Shown here: positions 9,520 through 17,817 of the stretch, piece after piece
Layout of the letters: each line of letters starts with the position of its first letter
How positions within the stretch are numbered: the stretch's first letter is position 1
IMG/VR virus record: IMGVR_UViG_3300025770_000870
Coordinates: 124,001 to 188,000 of that record
DNA: 64,000 nucleotides
Reading direction: 5' to 3' (one strand)
Notes under the pieces: model-generated
What the model saw: the letters and a program-made list of their open reading frames with translations, nothing else
What the model was told of the DNA's origin: nothing
Databases searched by the model: none
Made by a program: the position numbers and the translations under genes

Positions 9520-10716
9520 ATGGATAAGGGATATATAAAAAATATGATACAGAAGATTCTTGATAAAGAGTTTTCTCATAAACAGAAGCGTCGTCTTAAT
9601 GATTATCACGATAGACTTAACATGGCTTGTCCTTATTGTGGTGATAGTCACCGTCACAAACATTCTAAGAGAGGCAATCTCTATTTCAATAGATTATTCT
9701 ATATTTGCTTCAACTGTGATAAGAAGACTACCTTAGACAAGATGTGTAGGGATTTCAATGAGCAAATTGATCCAGGTAAGAAATTAGAAATGATTGAGCA
9801 CTTAGATAGTGTCATGACTTATAATGATTACGAAAATGAGTTTGTAGATGCTCAATTTGATAATCTAATTGATATGGAAGATCTTGAAGCAGCTTTCGCT
9901 TCTGATATAACTCCCATAAATGACTTCCAACCTATTAAGGTTAATGGTGGTATTTATAAGTACCTTATTGGTAGAGGAATAGGTCCCGAATTACATAAAA
10001 ATATTTATCAAGCAAAGTATCACAAAAACGAAAACGAAAGTGAGTGGATAATAGCTATGTTAAATAGAAGAGGTGATAAGATAATTGGAATGCAAGTCAG
10101 AAACCTTAAAGGTGGTAGACGAAGAATGTTCAAGATATACAATTATGAGAATCTATTAGAGTGGGTTAATCATGGTAAAGAAGAGCCTCTTAATATAGAT
10201 ATGGGTGAGATGGTTATTTATAATAAATTATCATACTATTTTAATATATTGAATGTTAACTTCGAAAAAAGAATAACCGTATTTGAGGGTTATTTAGATT
10301 CTTTATTCTATCCAAATTCAATAGGTTTGGTTGGTGTAAATACTGATTATAGATTTTTGGAGAATAATGGATTTGATATACAATATTTCTTTGATAATGA
10401 TGAAGCTGGTTTTAATAAGTCAGAAGAAAAAATGAATGATGGGTTTTCTGTCTTCTTGTGGAGAAAATTATTAAACGATATAGTTGATAAAAAGAATTCG
10501 ACAGATCCATATAAGCTATTCCATAGAATAGTTAAGGTCAAAGATATAAATAAATTGGCTGAGTTAGTACCAAATCCCTATAAGGCTCTTAAATTACCTG
10601 ATTATTTTAGCACAGATGTTCTTGATGTTAAATGGATACCTAAAATGAATAAAGGTAAGTGGGTAGAAAGAGAAACTGATTATAACAAGAAATTTGATAA
10701 TTTTAATAGATTATGA
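9520..10716 (+). CDS. DNA primase (T4 gp61-like)
   Basis: Zn-binding CPYCGDS...CFNC; TOPRIM VFEGYLDSL and FFDNDEAG. Confidence 0.88.
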   Translation: MDKGYIKNMIQKILDKEFSHKQKRRLNDYHDRLNMACPYCGDSHRHKHSKRGNLYFNRLFYICFNCDKKTTLDKMCRDFNEQIDPGKKLEMIEHLDSVMTYNDYENEFVDAQFDNLIDMEDLEAAFASDITPINDFQPIKVNGGIYKYLIGRGIGPELHKNIYQAKYHKNENESEWIIAMLNRRGDKIIGMQVRNLKGGRRRMFKIYNYENLLEWVNHGKEEPLNIDMGEMVIYNKLSYYFNILNVNFEKRITVFEGYLDSLFYPNSIGLVGVNTDYRFLENNGFDIQYFFDNDEAGFNKSEEKMNDGFSVFLWRKLLNDIVDKKNSTDPYKLFHRIVKVKDINKLAELVPNPYKALKLPDYFSTDVLDVKWIPKMNKGKWVERETDYNKKFDNFNRL

Positions 10717-10760
10717 ATTGGCATGGTGTGTGTTAATACAGGTAGTTGAGTTATTTATAT

Positions 10761-11069
10761 ATGATAAAAGATGAATTGATACAAATAAAAATATCCAATA
10801 AAACACTCTCATATTATTTGAATATTAAAGAGAGGTATCATCAACATTAATACAAGATGGATCTGGTATTTTAATAACAGGAATATGTGATTTTTGTGGG
10901 AATGAAAAGTTAATAAGTAAGAAAAAATATAACACACAAACCAAGTTTTCTAAGTTGGGATTCTCCTGTTCCAAACCAAACAGAACATTCTATAATGAAC
11001 GAAAGGGGTTATTATCGGATATTTGATTGTGGGTCTAAAAAGTGGATTAGGAAATTTAAATATCTTTAG
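10761..11069 (+). pseudogene. Fragmented homing-endonuclease-like gene
   Basis: Three out-of-frame pieces: MIKDELIQIKISNKTLSYYL, ITGICDFCGNEK...FSCSK and RGYYRIFDCGSKKW, resembling N- and C-terminal motifs of phage free-standing endonucleases. Confidence 0.6.
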
Positions 11070-11539
11070 ATAATTATATTACCTTTATTTATATACTTTT
11101 TATTTTTAGTAAAAAGAAATGACTTAAATTCTTTATTTCCTCTTTCTGCATTACAATCTTTACAACAAACAACTAGATTTACTTGACAATTATTACCACC
11201 TTCTGATATGGGTACTATATGATCCGCCGTAGCGTTTTCATAACTTAACTTTTCTTCACAATATAAACAAAGGCTACCTTTGTTTTTATTTATGAAATCT
11301 TTAGCGAATCCGCTAGTTCTTCTTTTAACATTTTTACCGCTATATTTTAGTCCGACCACAACAAAGTCTTTCATATATTTGAATTTTTTCCTATATATCT
11401 CACAAGATTTATAGTTCTTATTTACAATGACTACCAACTTTATTAAAAATTTCCATCTGTTGTATGTTTTCTTTTCTACTGAGAGAAAATGTGGGTGTTC
11501 CGATTTTACTAGGAATTTTATTACTTTTATTACTTTCAT
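11066..11539 (-). CDS. HNH endonuclease
   Basis: CLYC...TADHIVPISEGG.N...NLVVCCKDCN. Confidence 0.88.
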   Translation of the reverse strand: MKVIKVIKFLVKSEHPHFLSVEKKTYNRWKFLIKLVVIVNKNYKSCEIYRKKFKYMKDFVVVGLKYSGKNVKRRTSGFAKDFINKNKGSLCLYCEEKLSYENATADHIVPISEGGNNCQVNLVVCCKDCNAERGNKEFKSFLFTKNKKYINKGNIII

Positions 11540-11610
11540 ATTTTATCAATTTATATATTGAATTTTCTCATTTTCCTCGTTTAATATATACCTAAAATAA
11601 AATAACCACT

Positions 11611-11922
11611 ATGCGTAAATTTAAATTACCAAAAACTTTCTTTGGATGGTCTAACATTAAATGGGCTATTAAAGAGCTTACAAATGTTTATTCAACAAAC
11701 AAATCTTTCTTTTCTAAGAAAAGACTAGAATCTGGAATGGCTTTTTTAGTTGGTCAATTCGGGATGGTGTATTTCATGATACAAAATCATTCTACAATGA
11801 CTGCATCTGACTTAGCTATCTGGGCTGGGATAGAGTTTGCTATATCTGGGTATATGGTTACTCAAATACAGAAAGAAAAGAAAAAGGGTGATCCGGAAGG
11901 AAGTCACGAAGAACAAGTTTAA
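11611..11922 (+). CDS. Small membrane protein, holin-like
   Basis: Two hydrophobic segments and a charged C-terminal tail; TTAATATATA at 11581-11590. Confidence 0.5.
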   Translation: MRKFKLPKTFFGWSNIKWAIKELTNVYSTNKSFFSKKRLESGMAFLVGQFGMVYFMIQNHSTMTASDLAIWAGIEFAISGYMVTQIQKEKKKGDPEGSHEEQV

Positions 11923-11926
11923 AAAC

Positions 11927-11958
11927 AAAAAAGACCATCAATTTGATGGTCTTTTTTT
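11927..11958. terminator. Bidirectional intrinsic terminator
   Basis: AAAAAAGACCATCA-att-TGATGGTCTTTTTTT. Confidence 0.85.
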
Positions 11959-11974
11959 GTATCTATTATTTTAA

Positions 11975-12472
11975 TTACTTAAATTTTCTAGTATTCTTAT
12001 AACTTTTAGATTCACCTACTTTCATAGCATATCTTTCATCCTCATCCATTTCATCAAATTCTTTATCAGCTAATTTGTTTGATTCACCTTCTATAAAAGT
12101 AACAACTTCATCCGCCGTTTTGAATTTTTTATTACCAACGTGAAACATCTCTGTTTCTGATGGGAAAATTATCTTTTGTCCATTATATTCTACTTTACCA
12201 TTAGTAACCTCTGATCCTAATTTATCAGCAACTTCTTGTAGTTTATTTGCATAAACATCTCCACCTTCTTCTTCCATTTCTTCTTCCATTTCTTCAGATT
12301 CTAAATCTTCAATGGGAGCTTCTTTAACGTCAGATTCTAAATCTTTGAATTCATGTTCTAAGTCACGAATAGCTAATTCATGTTCTTGTTGGTTTGTATC
12401 AAACTCTTCTTCTGATTCAAACTCTTCGTTTACTCTTTCGTTAACAAATTGATTATATTTTTTAATCATCAC
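11975..12472 (-). CDS. Acidic protein with CTS-like N-terminus
   Basis: MMIKKYNQFVNE; Glu-rich; TTAATATATA at 12498-12507 on the minus strand. Confidence 0.75.
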   Translation of the reverse strand: MMIKKYNQFVNERVNEEFESEEEFDTNQQEHELAIRDLEHEFKDLESDVKEAPIEDLESEEMEEEMEEEGGDVYANKLQEVADKLGSEVTNGKVEYNGQKIIFPSETEMFHVGNKKFKTADEVVTFIEGESNKLADKEFDEMDEDERYAMKVGESKSYKNTRKFK

Positions 12473-12509
12473 TATTACTTATTTTTTGTTGTGTTTATAT
12501 ATATTAAAA

Positions 12510-13019
12510 TTAATTATCAGAATTTTTCAATTCACTTATAACATAATCAACAAAACTATCTAACTCATATTCTAATCCATTACAAAATTCGAATATGTCA
12601 TAATTATCTTGATTCTTTCTCTTTTTTATTGAGAAAAAATCAGGTGATGTTGTTCCATTACTAAATAAAACTATTTTTCCCTCTAACCTACCTTCTATTT
12701 TCTTCTTACTAGGAAATTCTAAATCAGGAACATACATTGTCCCAATATAGTGTATTTCATCACCATAATCTTCTATTTCTTCTAATTCAAATTTGAAATA
12801 TCCATAATCATCTTCGAAAACTCTTTCACTTTCTTCTTTCACTATCTCCTTATGAACTTCTTCTTCACCACCAGAAGCGTGAGCGTCCAAAAAATCTTTC
12901 TCCAGCTTGGTTATAGAAGGCATACCATATTTAGATATTTTATCTAAAATATCATCTACCCTTTCTTTGGTAGTATAACCTTCATATCTCATTAAGTGTT
13001 TCATATTGTTATTAAACAT
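12510..13019 (-). CDS. Hypothetical protein with CTS-like start and DUF6576-like motif
   Basis: MKHLMRYE (likely start 13004) followed by VDDILDKISKYGMPSITKLEKDFL. Confidence 0.7.
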   Translation of the reverse strand: MFNNNMKHLMRYEGYTTKERVDDILDKISKYGMPSITKLEKDFLDAHASGGEEEVHKEIVKEESERVFEDDYGYFKFELEEIEDYGDEIHYIGTMYVPDLEFPSKKKIEGRLEGKIVLFSNGTTSPDFFSIKKRKNQDNYDIFEFCNGLEYELDSFVDYVISELKNSDN

Positions 13020-13054
13020 TAAGGTATATATTTCATATTGAATTCCCTTTTTTA

Positions 13055-13447
13055 TCAGTAAAACTTATGTGTTGGTGTTTTACCTAACCCACTATCAACA
13101 AGGTTTCTGTTGTGGTTACCAACTAACCAAGGTTTTCCTATCTTTTTATGTATATTTTCCTTTATTGCTTTATATACTATTTCTAAATCCCCGTCTGTCT
13201 GATATATACAAATATAATTGTTGTTTACAATATCGATATCAAAATCAATAACTTCTTCATCTGATAGTATATTATCTATCTTAGACCCTCTATCGTACTT
13301 TTTAACCTCACTTACCCAATTCTCAACGAAGTAGAATATAAATCCACCAGATCCGTCCTTAGGATGCTCTTGAGCCATTTTTAGGTCTATACCATCATAG
13401 TATTTAACATTAATATCGTCTATTTTTTCCTCAGAAATTAATATCAT
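13055..13447 (-). CDS. Hypothetical protein with internal RxxKIDxIL motif
   Basis: 130 aa containing KYDRGSKIDNIL; start overlaps the end of the upstream gene. Confidence 0.7.
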   Translation of the reverse strand: MILISEEKIDDINVKYYDGIDLKMAQEHPKDGSGGFIFYFVENWVSEVKKYDRGSKIDNILSDEEVIDFDIDIVNNNYICIYQTDGDLEIVYKAIKENIHKKIGKPWLVGNHNRNLVDSGLGKTPTHKFY

Positions 13448-13664
13448 CGAATATATCGTCTATTTTTTTATCCCTTGTTTCGGATTTATGTAATCCTATT
13501 ATATTTTTATGGAAAAGTTCATCGGTTTCAAATTTTAGTTTGAAACTATCAAATGATGATCGTGACATTCTCAATAAAGAATACTCACCTCTTGATATTT
13601 TAGACTCTAAAATCCTGGTATCCAAGTAAGTTATATATTCTAGGTATAATTCCTCGTTTTTCAT
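13431..13664 (-). CDS. Small hypothetical protein with C-terminal RDKKIDDI motif
   Basis: 77 aa ending SETRDKKIDDIFDDINF. Confidence 0.7.
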   Translation of the reverse strand: MKNEELYLEYITYLDTRILESKISRGEYSLLRMSRSSFDSFKLKFETDELFHKNIIGLHKSETRDKKIDDIFDDINF

Positions 13665-13696
13665 AAATTATATATCTATATTTAATATATACCCAT

Positions 13697-14455
13697 ATGC
13701 TAAATTATAAAGAGTATTTAAAGGAGGCCCAAGATAATCAAGTCGTTGTGTTGGATGATGGACAAGGTGGTAATATGTTTAAGACTGTTAAAAATGGTAG
13801 TAAGAACTCAATTACTTATCTTAATGCTGTTATAAAAAGGTTTATCGAAAGTGTTTATGGATCATCTGGGTTTGTTTATGGTAAACATACTGATATATTT
13901 ATCGATAATAAGATAATTAATGGTGAGTATATATCAAAGATGGTTAATAATTACACCATTTTTAAAAATGTGATAAGAATTAATAATATTAAAGAGGAAG
14001 AATCTTTTTATAATTTTATGTTATCTAATCTGAATAATATTTATTCACCAAATGGTAAATTCTTTTTAGAACAATCATTACCTATTTTAATAAACACAAC
14101 TAGAAGGGGAAATGTACTTGAAAAAATGGCTAAGGAATCCTTTTTAAAGTATTCTAAAGAAAAAGATATCGAGATTACTATACAAAACCCTTCTGTTGAT
14201 GAAGATATAAACGGTGTTGATTTCAAATTCTTATCCAATGGTAGAAGTTTTACTGTTCAAGTAAAGCCATTTACTGATTATAAGTATATTGGTGATAAAA
14301 TTTTCATAAAGACAGAAGGATCTTTATCATTGAATACAAACTACTTGATACTATGTGATGGTAAGAATTGTATTAAATTAAGAAATACACCCTCTAATCC
14401 AGTTAAAATAAAAGGTAATACTTTTATTTCAAGTAAATCTAATCTACTTATTTAA
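13697..14455 (+). CDS. PD-(D/E)xK-like nuclease-fold protein with CTS-like N-terminus
   Basis: EDINGVDFKF...FTVQVKP pattern; N-terminus MLNYKEYLKE; TTAATATATA at 13682-13691. Confidence 0.55.
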   Translation: MLNYKEYLKEAQDNQVVVLDDGQGGNMFKTVKNGSKNSITYLNAVIKRFIESVYGSSGFVYGKHTDIFIDNKIINGEYISKMVNNYTIFKNVIRINNIKEEESFYNFMLSNLNNIYSPNGKFFLEQSLPILINTTRRGNVLEKMAKESFLKYSKEKDIEITIQNPSVDEDINGVDFKFLSNGRSFTVQVKPFTDYKYIGDKIFIKTEGSLSLNTNYLILCDGKNCIKLRNTPSNPVKIKGNTFISSKSNLLI

Positions 14456-15770
14456 ATCCACCGAATATATCCATTACCACACTCAATCTTCTTGTTATTT
14501 CTGGCATACCTAATGGTTCAATAATAGAATTAATTGGTGATAGTATTGATTTCTCAAATTGTATATCATAATCTATCTCAGGAGCAAATTCAATCGGGTA
14601 AGACCCTCTAGCATAAGCAAATGTGGAATTAACTGATTTATCTTTACAGATATAATATTTAATCTTTGTACCAGATTTCATAAATTCATACTTATCTTGT
14701 AATTTCTTATCATTGTTCAATAAGTAATTATGATAAGCGGCCGCTTTAACAGCAAAGTGAGCTCCACTTATAAATTGTAATGGTAATGTTTTATCATTTA
14801 AAACTTTCTCATCATATTTATTACAAGATGATTGCATTGCGATATCATCAACATCAGCCAATTCAAATTCCTTTCTAAGACCTTTTACCAATTTAAGTAA
14901 ATCCTTTATATTGAATGTATCGGGATTCTCAAATAAATACTCTACTATCCCAACAATCTTATCACGAGCAAAGGCTGGTGTGGATGACCTAACAAGTTCA
15001 ACTCCTTTAGGATAAATATATTTCAATCTATCATATGGAATACCATCCTCATATAAAATATGTTGTATGTATTTTTTCTTAGCAATATTTATAATTGATT
15101 CTGATATTCTTTCAAGTTCAAAATCTTCTTTGTTTTCAACACCATATGATTCTGCGTGTTTATCTAAACAATCTTTGAAGTAACCCTCATATTTTATTTG
15201 GTCAACTCCTAATATAAAATCAACCTCAGTAGACCAGTTCCAGATAATATCATTTGTTAAAACTCCATCATCTATCATCTTATTTAACTTCCTATCTTTC
15301 ACGAAGTTACCATCTATTAAAACTAACCCATAATCTTCTTTCAGAAGTTCTGTAAATTCCGTGATATCTTTTGACATACCCAAATAATTTGGATTATCTG
15401 TTTCTATCAAATCTCTTGATAGTATAATAAATTTCTTATCAATTGAAGATAGATATTCATCGTTAAATACTTGATCTCTCCAAGTACAATGGTCCATACA
15501 AGGTTTGAATGAAACAAAAATTGAATCGGTATCACCATAGATACTAACATCCTCTTTCGTATCAATTGGTGTGATATCTTTTATATTTAATTGTTTGTGT
15601 AGCTCAGTATCAAGATGCCATTGATTATACCAATAATCTTGGTTATCATCATCCATCTTTCTAGTCAATTCTCTACCCTCTGCTGTTATAGTACCTGCAA
15701 CGTGGTTGTTATAAAGTATGAAGTATGGTGTTGCGAAGGCTCCATAAGAACCATTCAATACAAGTTTTAG
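14448..15770 (-). CDS. Family B DNA polymerase, C-terminal portion (second half of motif B, motif C and thumb); no usable start codon upstream of the invariant Lys
   Basis: LKLVLNGSYG (frame open up to an in-frame TGA at 15773-15771), GTITAEGR, YGDTDS, AKKKY, KGVELVRSS, YDIQFEK. Confidence 0.93.
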   Translation of the reverse strand, partial: LKLVLNGSYGAFATPYFILYNNHVAGTITAEGRELTRKMDDDNQDYWYNQWHLDTELHKQLNIKDITPIDTKEDVSIYGDTDSIFVSFKPCMDHCTWRDQVFNDEYLSSIDKKFIILSRDLIETDNPNYLGMSKDITEFTELLKEDYGLVLIDGNFVKDRKLNKMIDDGVLTNDIIWNWSTEVDFILGVDQIKYEGYFKDCLDKHAESYGVENKEDFELERISESIINIAKKKYIQHILYEDGIPYDRLKYIYPKGVELVRSSTPAFARDKIVGIVEYLFENPDTFNIKDLLKLVKGLRKEFELADVDDIAMQSSCNKYDEKVLNDKTLPLQFISGAHFAVKAAAYHNYLLNNDKKLQDKYEFMKSGTKIKYYICKDKSVNSTFAYARGSYPIEFAPEIDYDIQFEKSILSPINSIIEPLGMPEITRRLSVVMDIFGGFK

Positions 15771-15807
15771 TCATTTACCCCCACTTAAAATAAAGCGGGG
15801 GTGATTA
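15768..15807 (-). other. 40-nt coding gap in polymerase motif B, a candidate ribosomal bypass element
   Basis: mRNA reads CUU|UAA UC ACCCCCGCUU UAUUUU AAGUGGGGGU AAA UGA CUA|AAA; 10-bp hairpin at 15777-15802; removing 40 nt restores QLALKLVLNGSYG. Confidence 0.8.
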
Positions 15808-15866
15808 AAGAGCGAGTTGAAGGGCATTGTAGTAATCTACTTCCTTTTTCAACTCGCTCGCTTTAA
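15805..15866 (-). other. Long RNA hairpin overlapping the putative take-off and stop codons
   Basis: UUAAAG-CG-AGCGAGUUGAA pairs with UUCAACUCGCU-CUUUAA (6 bp + 11 bp), plus an inner GUAG/CUAC stem. Confidence 0.8.
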
Positions 15867-15909
15867 TTTTTAATGACTCGATTTTTTTTATTTTTTCGGT
15901 TTTTGTCAT
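15805..15909 (-). CDS. 34-aa polymerase leader ORF (fingers helix and first half of motif B)
   Basis: MTKTEKIKKIESLKIKASELKKEVDYYNALQLAL*; the end DYYNALQLAL matches the D-x2-Q-x-A-x-(K) part of PolB motif B; missed by the ORF track. Confidence 0.88.
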   Translation of the reverse strand: MTKTEKIKKIESLKIKASELKKEVDYYNALQLAL

Positions 15910-15974
15910 ATTTAATAAATTTGTTATAAAGGGTACTTATACATTTTGATATATAAATAAACCTCTTAAAGTAT

Positions 15975-16061
15975 ATGATAAAGGAAGAAAAAGTTTCAGT
16001 AAAAATCGGACCACGTAACATAAAATATTTTAATATGTGTGGATATGATGTTACACTTTAG
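15975..16061 (+). pseudogene. N-terminal stub of a homing-endonuclease-like gene
   Basis: MIKEEKVSVKIGPRNIKYFNMCGYDVTL* resembles the stub at 10761 and typical phage free-standing endonuclease N-termini. Confidence 0.5.
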
Positions 16062-16433
16062 TCAGGCGCAATTTGGTCAGATAACAGAACTATACGCCTA
16101 TATGGTATTTGTTATGCTGATTGATAACCACTTATATTCTCACCATCATAATAGTCGATACCTATCCAATTTTCATAATCTTCTACATTCACGTTTATAT
16201 AATTCCCATTGTGGTAATAATTCACCAGGTATAATAATAAACAATATAGGATCTGCCATTAGCTCTGTACCTCTTTTAACCTTTGTTTGTTTTGATTTTA
16301 ATTTTACAATATCAACCTTTGATACATTATCAACTCCATATCTCTCTAAACAGGTTTCTTTTATTTTAGATATGATTGATTTTTTATTTATCTTATATTG
16401 ATTATAGTAATGGAAATAGTAGTAACCTATCAC
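16060..16433 (-). pseudogene. Degenerate HNH-type homing endonuclease fragment
   Basis: KIKETCLERYGVDNVSK repeat motif, WELYKRECRRL, then frameshifted ENWIGIDYYDGENI; multiple stops. Confidence 0.6.
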
Positions 16434-16495
16434 TATTTGATTAATCAGATATATTATATTTTAAATTTAATATATAATAAAAATAACAGTATCAA

Positions 16496-16879
16496 ATGAG
16501 GTTAAAGAAGTTTAATAGTTTCAAAATTAATGAATCAGAAGAGTTGATGGAAACTCCTGTTGAGACTGGTAGCAAAGCATCTACATTAACTGGTGAGGTT
16601 ACTCTTTATAGACTCACTTCTCATCCGGTTGTTGATCTTTCTTCACCTGGTGAGTATTATGTATGTGATAAAGGTGATATCGACCCTTCTATATTAGATA
16701 AGAAAGAAAGTTCTGAGTTATATTTAATTACGGTTACTTGTGATTCTTCTAATATTGACTTAGATAAATCTGAAATGGAGATTGCTAACTTAGGAAACGA
16801 TTCTATCGTAGCAGTTAAAGATGATAATGTTTGTAAGGTTATTAGTGTTACTCCTTATGGAAACAATCCAGTAGATTAA
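16496..16879 (+). CDS. Hypothetical protein with CTS-like N-terminus
   Basis: MRLKKFNSFKINE; TTAATATATA at 16467-16476. Confidence 0.75.
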   Translation: MRLKKFNSFKINESEELMETPVETGSKASTLTGEVTLYRLTSHPVVDLSSPGEYYVCDKGDIDPSILDKKESSELYLITVTCDSSNIDLDKSEMEIANLGNDSIVAVKDDNVCKVISVTPYGNNPVD

Positions 16880-16904
16880 TATGAATCGAATTTAGTTGGA
16901 TTCA

Positions 16905-17807
16905 TTAATAGATAATTGGTCCATCAAACCCCAAACGAACATTTTGACCATCAAACACAATTGTTTCCGTTATCTCAGAAGGCTTAAATGTATTTTTGTG
17001 ATAAACTTTCATTGGTCTTCTAAAGTCTTCTTCTGGTGGAGTATAGACATAATTAAAACACTCACATCCACCACCCGTTCTTTTCCAAGACTTGGTTAAA
17101 AAAAAGTTATCACCTATTAATTCCTTTATGTGAAAATAAATATAATTCTCTTTTGAGTATTCATTGATAGGCATTAAAGATACTAAACCAATATCATTTA
17201 TCTCAACAGAGTTTGCCCATTCTAAATATTTAAATACTTCTTCTGGTGTATCTATATAATTCTTTATTAAGTTACATCTGAATTGTACTTGGTGTGGATG
17301 TGTTTGTAAATGGCTTATAGCCTTTATCTCTTCTGATGTAGGAGTTTTGCATTTGAATATCTCATCATTAATCTTATCATCATAGTGGTGACGACTAAGT
17401 TGTATATAATCATATCTTTTAGCAATAGGGTCGTTAAATAACTTCTCCCATCTAAATCCGTCTGTATTCAGTGATAATTCACAATCAGGTGCATATTCCA
17501 CACCAACATTGGACATTTCCAGAAAATTATCCCAATATAAAGTTGGTTCTCCACCAGAAATGGCTATTTTTCTAATCTTAATTCTATCTGATATATGTTG
17601 TAAGACTTCTTTATATTTTTTACCGTTCCATTTGGATGCGTCTGAGTGATATGTACAGAATGAGCACTTAGCGTTACAGAATTTAGTTCTAACATAAAGA
17701 TTTATATAAGGTTCTTCAATGGCGTTTCCCTCCTCCTCTCCAAATAAGGCACAATTATGAGTTATTAGCTTAATTTCTTTCCCGAATAATTCGATTGATT
17801 CTAACAT
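16905..17807 (-). CDS. Radical SAM enzyme of unknown specificity
   Basis: CNAKCSFC (CxxxCxxC), SGGEPT, LNTDG, QLSRHHY. Confidence 0.88.
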   Translation of the reverse strand: MLESIELFGKEIKLITHNCALFGEEEGNAIEEPYINLYVRTKFCNAKCSFCTYHSDASKWNGKKYKEVLQHISDRIKIRKIAISGGEPTLYWDNFLEMSNVGVEYAPDCELSLNTDGFRWEKLFNDPIAKRYDYIQLSRHHYDDKINDEIFKCKTPTSEEIKAISHLQTHPHQVQFRCNLIKNYIDTPEEVFKYLEWANSVEINDIGLVSLMPINEYSKENYIYFHIKELIGDNFFLTKSWKRTGGGCECFNYVYTPPEEDFRRPMKVYHKNTFKPSEITETIVFDGQNVRLGFDGPIIY

Positions 17808-17817
17808 TATTTATTTA

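Noticed and set aside
15708-15774. Small alternative-frame ORF starting ATG ACT AAA ACT (MTKT, like the leader) within the gap
   Set aside because: It is about 21 codons with no recognisable motif and is out of frame with the polymerase; it does not supply the motif-B Lys.
15768-15807. The 40-nt polymerase insert as a group I or II intron or an intein
   Set aside because: It is far too short for a ribozyme core, has no intein motifs, and changes the frame. Enzyme-mediated RNA excision cannot be excluded without RT-PCR.
15771-15807. Stop-codon reassignment or readthrough as the explanation of the polymerase break
   Set aside because: The two halves are in different frames (offset 52 nt, +1), and the rest of the window reads cleanly in the standard code.
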